DNA from: Hyphomicrobiales bacterium
Lineage (GTDB): Bacteria; Pseudomonadota; Alphaproteobacteria; Rhizobiales; S144-35
DNA length: 24,096 bases
Direction of reading: 5' to 3'
Assembly: GCA_015494185.1 (NCBI GenBank)
Contig: WGBT01000095.1
Coordinates: 1 to 24,096 of the forward strand
Shown: positions 7,854 to 15,095 of the stretch, piece after piece
How the letters are laid out: every line of letters starts with the position of its first letter
Numbering within the stretch: position 1 is the stretch's first letter
Position numbers and translations under genes: made by a program
The notes under the pieces: model-generated
Databases searched by the model: none
The model's input: the letters and a program-made list of their open reading frames with translations, nothing else
Told to the model about the DNA's origin: nothing

Positions 7854-8141
7854 TCAGCTCTCCTTTTTATGCACGGTATCTTGTGTGCCATCTTTTGCGG
7901 TGTGATGAGGGGGCTCAGGTGGGATTCCGTCCTTGAGATAGCGTTCCAATTGCTGATTATGTTGTTTCAGGGCCTTAAGCGAGTGTTCGAGATAGCTTGC
8001 AGCTGTTATATTTTCAGCCTTTTTGTTGCTTTTCAAGCTCGCAAAACCCGCGCCCAGATATAAGAAGATGACAATCAAAAACAATAGTGGAATTGAAGAG
8101 ATTGCGGTTTCAACGATCAAGTCCCATAAGGCAACAGTCAT
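7854..8141 (-). CDS. Small single-pass membrane protein (95 aa, hypothetical), probable paralogue of 7593-7853
   Basis: ATG at 8141 with upstream AGGGG; TM segment AISSIPLLFLIVIFLYLG; YLE...NQQL tail like its neighbour; stop abuts the neighbour's start. Confidence 0.65.
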   Translation of the reverse strand: MTVALWDLIVETAISSIPLLFLIVIFLYLGAGFASLKSNKKAENITAASYLEHSLKALKQHNQQLERYLKDGIPPEPPHHTAKDGTQDTVHKKES

Positions 8142-8171
8142 AACCAACGGCCCCTGACCTTCTTGGCTTGT

Positions 8172-8201
8172 ATATGGTGCAATTTACCTCGACCCTTCAA
8201 A
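8172..8201 (-). promoter_or_regulatory. Putative promoter for the two small membrane-protein genes (CTTGAA-N18-CCATAT, sigma32- or sigma70-like)
   Basis: CTTGAA at 8201-8196 and CCATAT at 8177-8172, ~30 nt before ATG 8141; spacer slightly long for RpoH. Confidence 0.4.
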
Positions 8202-8267
8202 GGGATACGGAAAGCATGAAGGGGGCAATGGTAAATCGCTTTTCGGTACACAATCGTTTCCTTAAGC

Positions 8268-10133
8268 TTAATTTAGGCCCTGGCGCCGCGCCAAGATCCG
8301 CAAATAGCGGTCATGCACGGTTTCACCGGCTGCAACCCGGGTTTCATCAAGCTGTTCGTCGAGATCCTTTTGCAATTCCTCATCCTGTTGCGGGATGAGC
8401 AGACTGACGGCAATCGTGACCAAAAAACTAACGGGCATGCCAATGATGGCAGCTACTAGGCTGTCGATCCCAAAGATCAAAGGCGTGTAATCCCATTCAA
8501 CACCGAGAATATAACCGCTGGTGACCAGAAAACCGCTCCAGGTGCCGGCAAGGGCTCCCATTGGGGTGATTGGGCGCCACCAGATCGATAGCAACAAAAC
8601 CGGGAAGAAACTGCCCGCACTTATTGAGACTGCCCAGATCAACATGCGCAGGGCATCGAGCTTGGATGAGATGACGAAAAAGCCTGCCAATGCGGCGGTG
8701 GCAATCAAGGCCAGCCGGGCCACGAGAAGACGTTTCGAGGCTGAGGCGCGGGGGAAGGCGGTGCTGTAGAACAGGTCATTGCTGATGGTGCTGGCGATAC
8801 TGACCAGTTGCGCATTGATGGCCGCAAAACCAGCAGACAAGCCAGCAATGGCAAGCAGACCAAACAGGACTACGGCTGAATAACCCGCAAGAAACGGCAG
8901 AGCGAGGGCCACGCTGTCGCGTGGTATGTGAAATTCTTGTAGGCTGAGGATTCCATCACGATTATCATTTGGGGCTTCAATGATTTGTGCATCGCGTAAA
9001 CTGTTCAACCATGATGGCATATCACCAACATTTTTGCCGATCAGATCGTGCAAGGTGAGATATTTGGCGAAACTGGCCAGGGCTGGAAATGTGATCAAAA
9101 GGAAGGCCAGAAAGAGAGTGCCCCAGGCGGCGGATTGCCGGGCTCCGGCAACCCCAAGAGAGGTGCCCGCGCGCTGGAGCAGACTTGGCAAGGTTGCAAT
9201 CCCCGCCATGAAGCAAATGACCAATAGCAAAAAGTCGGTTTGCCCGATCAACCCAAAGGCTTGCAAAAACGGTTTTTGCATGGTGGTCGATTCTGGTTTA
9301 GGTATGGCATCGGAGAGAGCCATCGGTGTGGTGTTTTGGATTCCACTCTGATTTTCAAAGCTGCTGATTTGATCAAGCAAGTTGCCATAAGAAATGTGAG
9401 GAACAGGCAGATTGGAAAAGGTCATGGTGAGTATCACCAGCGGCACCATCAGACCAATGAACAGGACGATGCCTTGTGCGCATTGTGTCCAGGTCAGGGC
9501 GCGAATCCCGCCCAGCAAGGTCATGGCCACGGCCAGGCCGGCAAGCAGGGTGAGCATCGTACTGGGTTCAAGAGCCACGAAATGACCGGTGATCTTCGCG
9601 GCTAAACCGAGTTCTGCGGTCAACAGCATAAAGCTTGGCACAAGCAGCAATAACACCGTCATGATCCGTAATGCTGGCGAGCGAAACCGTTCACCAAAAA
9701 AACCGGGCAATGAGTAGGCGCCGAATTTACGCAAATAAGGGAAAAACAGAAACACCATAAGAGTGAACCCGGCGGCCCAGCCAAGGGCCAGCGCCAGGAT
9801 ATCAAACCCGATCAAATATAACGCGCCGGTGAATGAGAAAAAGCCAATGCCGCCAATGCCGCTGGCCGCCAAGGCTAGACCGTTATAGATCGGTGGCACG
9901 CGGCGTCCTGAAGTGTAGAAGTCTTCAACCAGAACAGTGCGTGTGATGCCGCCAATGATGACGAAAAACAGGATCGGCACGCCGATGATGAGCGGTTTGA
10001 GCGACTGATTGTTAATGCCAAGCTGTTCGAAAATCGCAAGCACGATCACAAATCCGATGATCGCACTGGTGAAGGTTGCATAGCTGATTCCCAGACGTGG
10101 ATTGGTCGGTCGAAACTGAGTTGGTATGGCCAT
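8268..10133 (-). CDS. Sodium:solute symporter family protein (ActP-like, VC_2705-type subfamily)
   Basis: Many TM helices, DFYTSGRRVPPIYNGLA, PYLRKFGAYSLPGFFGERF, LLGGIRALTWTQCAQGIV, LVSIASTISNDL, LLSIWWR; preceded by a DUF4212 small subunit. ATG at 10133 chosen. Confidence 0.92.
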   Translation of the reverse strand: MAIPTQFRPTNPRLGISYATFTSAIIGFVIVLAIFEQLGINNQSLKPLIIGVPILFFVIIGGITRTVLVEDFYTSGRRVPPIYNGLALAASGIGGIGFFSFTGALYLIGFDILALALGWAAGFTLMVFLFFPYLRKFGAYSLPGFFGERFRSPALRIMTVLLLLVPSFMLLTAELGLAAKITGHFVALEPSTMLTLLAGLAVAMTLLGGIRALTWTQCAQGIVLFIGLMVPLVILTMTFSNLPVPHISYGNLLDQISSFENQSGIQNTTPMALSDAIPKPESTTMQKPFLQAFGLIGQTDFLLLVICFMAGIATLPSLLQRAGTSLGVAGARQSAAWGTLFLAFLLITFPALASFAKYLTLHDLIGKNVGDMPSWLNSLRDAQIIEAPNDNRDGILSLQEFHIPRDSVALALPFLAGYSAVVLFGLLAIAGLSAGFAAINAQLVSIASTISNDLFYSTAFPRASASKRLLVARLALIATAALAGFFVISSKLDALRMLIWAVSISAGSFFPVLLLSIWWRPITPMGALAGTWSGFLVTSGYILGVEWDYTPLIFGIDSLVAAIIGMPVSFLVTIAVSLLIPQQDEELQKDLDEQLDETRVAAGETVHDRYLRILARRQGLN

Positions 10134-10175
10134 TGTTAAAGTCTTATCCCCACCCCACCGCAATTGAATTGCGAA

Positions 10176-10436
10176 TTAGATTTCTTCGGATGCGCCATAT
10201 TGCCGGTCAATGGTGTCTTGCCGCCGGATGAACCAAAAGCCAATCGCGGCGAATATCAATGGTGCTGCCATGGCGATGAAGAAATAGCCGAGGGGAAAGC
10301 CAAGCCATGTGAAGGCGTCAAAAATATGGTTTAGGAACACGGCGATCAAAATCACGCTCAGGACCAAAATGAAGGTGGTTTTGGCCAGTCTTGCTGTTTG
10401 CCGCCAGTGTGGTTCACGTTGGTCTTCATCGATCAT
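10176..10436 (-). CDS. DUF4212 putative solute:sodium symporter small subunit
   Basis: HW...two TM helices...GFPLGYFFIAMAAPLIF...RQDTIDRQYG pattern; AAGGGG RBS; directly upstream of the SSS gene, the typical pairing. Confidence 0.88.
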   Translation of the reverse strand: MIDEDQREPHWRQTARLAKTTFILVLSVILIAVFLNHIFDAFTWLGFPLGYFFIAMAAPLIFAAIGFWFIRRQDTIDRQYGASEEI

Positions 10437-10603
10437 CGAATGGCCCCTTTCTTGAAGCCCATTGCCATCATTTGCAGCGAGGCTGTTAAAAATCCCGGTG
10501 TCAAGCCTCTCTTAAGAGCCGGTCCAGACAGCCGCGTCATCTTTTGACGGCGCATGCATCACAGTATGGCATTGTGGTCTTGTGTCCAAGACACGGCTGC
10601 TTA

Positions 10604-10834
10604 GGCTCAGGACCCATAAATTGCGCGGCGCCAGTCTGACGCAAAATCATGAAATGGACAATGATTTGTCTCGCATTACTGGGATTTTGCGCAAGACCCT
10701 TCGGGCGGCATTTTCGCTTCATCTCGCTGGCATTTCGCCCTTGGAAATAGCTTCGGCTATTCCCTGCGGGCGAAAAACCAGCGATATTTCGCGAAAATGC
10801 CGCTGGCATCCACGCCCTTTATGGGTCCTGAGCC
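10604..10834. mobile_element. 231-bp MITE (non-autonomous, probably IS5-family-related) with perfect 17-bp terminal inverted repeats and TA target duplication
   Basis: GGCTCAGGACCCATAAA (10604-10620) and its exact reverse complement TTTATGGGTCCTGAGCC (10818-10834); TA at 10602-10603 and 10835-10836; no transposase inside. The IS5 link comes from recalled TIR/TSD style and is unverified. Confidence 0.85.
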
Positions 10835-10868
10835 TAGAAGTTGTCATGAAATTATGACCGCTTGGAGA

Positions 10869-11435
10869 TCAAGGTTCAAGCTCGGTATCCCAATACAGAT
10901 AATCTAGCCAACTGTCATGCAAATAATTGGGCGGGAACAATCGGCCGTTTTTGTGCAACTGATGAACCGTTGGGCGATAGGGCGGCTGGGCTGGCATCAT
11001 ACCAGCCTCTTGGGGCATCTTGCCACCTTTTTTCAAATTGCAGGGGGCACAAGCGGTCACCACATTGTCCCAACGGGTTTGGCCGCCGCGGGAACGTGGG
11101 ATCAGGTGATCGAAGGTCAAGTCTGAGCGGCTGCCGCAATATTGGCAGCTGAAACGGTCGCGCAGAAAGACATTGAACCGGGTGAAAGCAGGGTAAAGGG
11201 CTGGCCGTACATAGGTTTTGAGGGAAACCACTGAAGGCAGTTTCATTTCGAAGCTGGGGCTGTGGACGCGATGGTCATATTCAGAAACGATATTGACACG
11301 GTCGAGAAACACGGCTTTGACCGCGTCCTGCCAACTCCATAGTGACAAGGGATAATAGCTTAACGGTTGATAATCGGCATTCAACACGAGTGCAGGAAAA
11401 GCCCCCGGCGACGTCGTGGTGTAGGCTGTACTCAT
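10869..11435 (-). CDS. HNH endonuclease (McrA/HNH_5-like, 188 aa)
   Basis: RDRFSCQYCG...TFDHLIPRSRGG...WDNVVTACAPCNLKKG: two CxxC Zn pairs and intact DH/N/N residues; GGGAG/AAGGG upstream of the ATG. Confidence 0.93.
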   Translation of the reverse strand: MSTAYTTTSPGAFPALVLNADYQPLSYYPLSLWSWQDAVKAVFLDRVNIVSEYDHRVHSPSFEMKLPSVVSLKTYVRPALYPAFTRFNVFLRDRFSCQYCGSRSDLTFDHLIPRSRGGQTRWDNVVTACAPCNLKKGGKMPQEAGMMPAQPPYRPTVHQLHKNGRLFPPNYLHDSWLDYLYWDTELEP

Positions 11436-11717
11436 TTGCCCTTACTCCCGGTTTCCCTTTCTGGTTTATGTGTTCCGCTTTGCCTCCATTGCCCCCATTT
11501 GTTTTTGATTCACCAACTTACTTATTGATTTTTTTGGGTTGCTTCCACTGATAAGGAATAATCATTCCGTACAGCGAATGATAACCCTGGTGTCGGCACG
11601 GCATAGTATAGGTTTATGACAGCCCTGTGAAGAGGCGATTTTAAGGGGGGAAGCGTTCAGGTTGGTTTGGGCCTCCCCCAAATGGCTTTCTGGAGGTGTC
11701 CGTTGCAGGGGAAGCTC

Positions 11718-11835
11718 GCTTCTGATTCACCAGAAGGATAGCCCGCCATCCTTCCAGACCCATCGTCGCTCACCCAAGAAAGGGTGAGGCGAGCGACGAT
11801 GGCTCCGGAAGGATGGCTGAGCGGCAATCAGGCTG
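11718..11835. repeat. Palindromic REP/MITE-like element (~118 bp) with a 73-nt hairpin
   Basis: GCCATCCTTCC/GGAAGGATGGC (11745-11755/11807-11817) and CCATCGTCGCTC/GAGCGACGATGG stems; flanks GCTTCTGATT and AATCAG--GCTG look like a degenerate TIR pair. Confidence 0.6.
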
Positions 11836-12055
11836 GGGAGGGGGCACATCTGTCGGGACTTATACAGGAGATTTTAAGAGGAGAAATAATTTTGAAGGGG
11901 GAGAGCTTCCCGTTTTGCTTTTTTATATGTTTATGCTTTGAATGTGATCTGCAGGGGGCTTGCTTTCGTTCGTCGAAAGGATGGTTTGAAGGGGAAATGG
12001 AGCCAGAGGCTGCCGCGTAAGCTTTGAAAGTAATCATCGAGGAAAACAATCAAGA

Positions 12056-12495
12056 CCAGCCGGCCTGTAAGCCGGGTTCTGTGCGGGCCGGCGCGCCCGA
12101 AAAGACGCGCGGCCGTAGATGGCCATTCATCTAGGACGGCCATTGCTGGCGCGCCTCATGCAACCTACCCGGACAGTCAGGGGCTGGAAACGGCCCCGGA
12201 CCAGAGCGGTTCTGGCCCTCTGGCCCATGCTGTCCCTATTTGGTCTTGCTCCAGGTGGGGTTTACCATGACCGTTCCTGTTGCCAGGTTCGCGGTGCGCT
12301 CTTACCGCACCTTTTCACCCTTACCAATGCTTTCATGTCAACATTGGCGGTTTGCTTTCTGTGGCACTTTCCCTGGGGTCGCCCCCGCCGGGTGTTACCC
12401 GGCACCTTGTTTCCATGGAGCCCGGACTTTCCTCTGCCAAATTGGACCCCTGTTCGTTGTCGAGCCCATTCGACAGCGGCCATCCGGCCGGCTGG
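12056..12495 (-). ncRNA. rnpB: RNase P RNA, bacterial type A
   Basis: Reverse complement has GAGGAAAGTCCGGGCTCC, GGAAAGTGCCACAGAAA, GGGTGAAAAGGTGCGGTAAGAGCGCACCG, GGTAAACCCCACCTGGAGCAAG and ACAGAACCCGGCTTACAG; P1 is formed by CCAGCCGGCC / GGCCGGCTGG. Confidence 0.98.
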
Positions 12496-12525
12496 TGCTT
12501 TATAAGTGTGTTTTGTGGACCTTGC

Positions 12526-12628
12526 CGTCAAGTCTTTGGCTGGTCTTTTTGTGGAAGTCTGGTGAAAAGCCTTTTCGGAGAGGTGGAAATCACCTGAATG
12601 CTTATAAAGCCTTCAGAGACTATTGACG
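12526..12628. promoter_or_regulatory. Back-to-back putative -35 elements (TTGACG) for rnpB (12531-12526, minus) and tRNA-Val(GAC) (12623-12628, plus)
   Basis: The rnpB hexamer sits ~30 nt upstream of the RNA 5' end and the tRNA hexamer ~85 nt upstream of the tRNA; the -10 elements are ambiguous. Confidence 0.45.
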
Positions 12629-12711
12629 TGCTGCTAAAATCGGTTATGTATGAGCCTGGGATTCGTTGTGTGTCGGTGTGAAGCAAACGCCAGGCACCGT
12701 GATACAGAACA

Positions 12712-12786
12712 GGGCGCGTAGCTCAGTGGGAGAGCACTACGTTGACATCGTAGGGGTCGCAAGTTCGATCCTTGCCGCGCCCACCA
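12712..12786 (+). tRNA. tRNA-Val (anticodon GAC), CCA encoded
   Basis: GGGCGCGTAGCTCAGTGGGAGAGCA-CTACG TT GAC AT CGTAG-GGGTCGCAAGTTCGATCCTTGCCGCGCCCACCA. Confidence 0.97.
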
Positions 12787-12918
12787 TTTCCAATTGCAAG
12801 CCGGCACTTTCATCCTTAGACCGAAATCTTCAGCGTTGATTGAAGGAAGGTATCCATGTCCGGGTGGGGCAAGCTTGCGGCTTGGAATGGCGAATATCGT
12901 TTTTAAAAGGCTATCGAA

Positions 12919-13044
12919 ATGAAAATCAAAAATTCCATCAAGTCGTTGCGCAAGCGCCATCGTGATAATCGCGTTGTCCGCCGCCGTGGCCGTCTTTATG
13001 TTATCAACAAAACCAACCGCCGCTTCAAAGCCCGCCAAGGGTAA
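12919..13044 (+). CDS. rpmJ: 50S ribosomal protein L36, zinc-independent (type B) form, 41 aa
   Basis: Hand translation [41 protein letters not shown]; below the ORF-track length cutoff. Confidence 0.97.
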   Translation: MKIKNSIKSLRKRHRDNRVVRRRGRLYVINKTNRRFKARQG

Positions 13045-13385
13045 ACCCGCTAAAGGGACAAGGGGGGCCAGAAGGGGTGATTCGAGGGGATACAAGCTAT
13101 CAGGAGGGCATCTCTAAGCCTAAGAAGGCTTGGTGAGGCAAGTTGCGGAATGGGCCTAACTTGACAGATGGTGGCTGGTTGTTGGTCAGCGGCTACAACT
13201 CCAACCTGTCTTTAACTATTCCCTGCTGAGGGCTTTGTATTTTCAGCCGGATTGCGAAGGATAATATCAATCGCCCCTGATCTTGACTCTCGTCTCTCGA
13301 CTCTCGTATAGCCTTCAATTTACGAAGAAATCCCAAATGGATACGGAAAACCTAAACGGTCAATGATATTAAATGCCGCCTGTAT

Positions 13386-13416
13386 AAAACCGCTTTAGGG
13401 GGGGCAAGCGGTCTTT
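13386..13416. terminator. Putative bidirectional intrinsic terminator between convergent rpmJ and pyk
   Basis: ACCGCTT/AAGCGGT stem (13389-13395/13406-13412); TTTT follows on the minus strand and CTTT on the plus strand. Confidence 0.5.
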
Positions 13417-13470
13417 GGCGAGCTTTCTGAACCCGGCTGCGCCAGCCGGTCATCGAAATCCTCTGTGGCT

Positions 13471-14931
13471 TCAGGCTTTTACCCCTTTATGGAGCACCGT
13501 GCCGTTTTTGCCGACGCGGGCTACGCGTAACATATTGGTGCTGCCCGGGGTGCCAAGGGGGACGCCGGCGGTAATAATGACCTGATCCCCCTGCTTGGCA
13601 AATTTCATTTCATAGGCGATGCGGCAGGCGCGTTCCACCATATCATCCAAATCGGTCGGATCGCCCGTCAAACCACAATCGAGTCCCCAGACGATGGCCA
13701 GCCGGCGGGCTGTATCCGGGATGGGGGTCAGCGCCAGCACCGGCTGTTCCGGCCGTTCGCGTGCGACACGCAAGCCGGTGGAGCCCGTCGAAGTATAACA
13801 GATGATCACCGCCACATTGAGCGTATTGGCAACGGTATGTGCGGCGGCCGAAATCGCGTCCGCCCCGGTGGCCCGCGGAATGGCCTCTTCAGCGTGAATG
13901 AGACTGTCATAGGCGGGATCTTGTTCCACCTCATAGGCGACACGATCCATGGTCTTGACAGCCTCAACAGGGTATTTTCCAACTGCTGATTCCGCTGACA
14001 ACATCACCGCATCCGCCCCGTCGAAAACAGCTGTTGCCACGTCGTTCACCTCGGCACGGGTGGGAAGCGGAGACGTGATCATCGATTCCAGCATCTGTGT
14101 GGCAATGACGACAGGTTTTCCGGCCGCCCGCGCCGCCCGGATGATTTTCTTCTGCAGGCCTGGGACTTTTTCAACCGGAAGCTCGACCCCCAAATCCCCA
14201 CGGGCAACCATCAGCCCGTTGGAAAACTCAAGCACCCGATCAAGATCCTCGATGGCGGAGGGTTTTTCGATCTTGGACATGAGAGCCGTGCGGTCGCCAA
14301 CAATTTCGCGGGCGGCGATGACATCTTCAGCACGTTGCACGAAGGACAGAGCCACCCAATCCACCCCCAGTTCCGCTGCAAAGGCCAAATCTTCGCGGTC
14401 TTTATCGGTCATCGCGCTCACCGGCAACAAAGTATCTGGCAGCGAGATCCCCTTGCGGCTGCTTAGATGGCCGCCAACGAGAACTTTGGCCTCGATACCA
14501 TCGAAATTGGCTGAGGGCACCTTGGAAACCTGAAGCCGTAATTTGCCATCATCGAGCAGTAACTGATCGCCAATGGCCACACTTTCGAAAATTTCTGGAT
14601 GGGGCAGTTGCACCCGGTTTTGATCGCCGGGTGTTTGCTTGCGATCGAGTTTGAAGAAATCACCGGATTTGAGATCAATGCCGCCGTTGGCAAAATCACC
14701 GATCCTTAGTTTGGGGCCCTGCAAATCGACGAGGATACCAATCGGCCGGCGCAAGTCTTCTTCGATGCCGCGAATGGTCTTGCGCAACTCGACCAATTCT
14801 TCATGGCTTGTGTGGCTCATATTGATGCGGAATACATCCGCCCCGGCCTTGAACAGCTCAAGGATCACTTTTTTGTCGGTCGATGCTGGTCCCAGCGTCG
14901 CGACGATTTTCACACACCGTCTTCTTCTCAT
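13471..14931 (-). CDS. pyk: Pyruvate kinase
   Basis: KIVATLGPAS, FRINMSH, LVDLQGPKLR, LLDDG, WVALSFV, SKIEK, MVARGDLGVE, ATQMLESM, PTRAEVNDVA, DAVMLSAESAVGKYP. Confidence 0.99.
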   Translation of the reverse strand: MRRRRCVKIVATLGPASTDKKVILELFKAGADVFRINMSHTSHEELVELRKTIRGIEEDLRRPIGILVDLQGPKLRIGDFANGGIDLKSGDFFKLDRKQTPGDQNRVQLPHPEIFESVAIGDQLLLDDGKLRLQVSKVPSANFDGIEAKVLVGGHLSSRKGISLPDTLLPVSAMTDKDREDLAFAAELGVDWVALSFVQRAEDVIAAREIVGDRTALMSKIEKPSAIEDLDRVLEFSNGLMVARGDLGVELPVEKVPGLQKKIIRAARAAGKPVVIATQMLESMITSPLPTRAEVNDVATAVFDGADAVMLSAESAVGKYPVEAVKTMDRVAYEVEQDPAYDSLIHAEEAIPRATGADAISAAAHTVANTLNVAVIICYTSTGSTGLRVARERPEQPVLALTPIPDTARRLAIVWGLDCGLTGDPTDLDDMVERACRIAYEMKFAKQGDQVIITAGVPLGTPGSTNMLRVARVGKNGTVLHKGVKA

Positions 14932-15095
14932 AGGCTTTTACTATCTCCGACAGGCCGGCCGAGAGTTGGTTTCATAAACCGCACCATGTTTCTTCTGAAC
15001 GTTCTGGGCTAGGCTTGTGTCTAATCTTTCCGCGGGTCTGGCTGGGAAAGAGGAGAGGAAAACAAGCTGAGCGATCCTCAACCAATCCCAGCAGG

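Noticed and set aside
10537-10857. Overlapping 90-91 aa ORFs on both strands
   Set aside because: They span the MITE, lack convincing RBS or motifs, and open frames are expected in a GC-rich palindrome.
3540-12830. Genomic island integrated at a tRNA-Val 3' end
   Set aside because: I found no duplicated tRNA 3' fragment (att site) and no integrase. The accessory block lies on the 5' side of both tRNAs, not downstream of their 3' ends.
11784-13095. ORFs overlapping rnpB, tRNA-Val(GAC) and rpmJ
   Set aside because: Their translations are just the RNA genes or rpmJ read in other frames (for example WWARQGSNLRPLRCQRSALPLSYAP is the tRNA antisense).
13433-13449. CCGGCTG-CGC-CAGCCGG hairpin as the pyk terminator
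   Set aside because: The stem is perfect but there is no U-tract on either strand; the 13386-13416 hairpin fits better.
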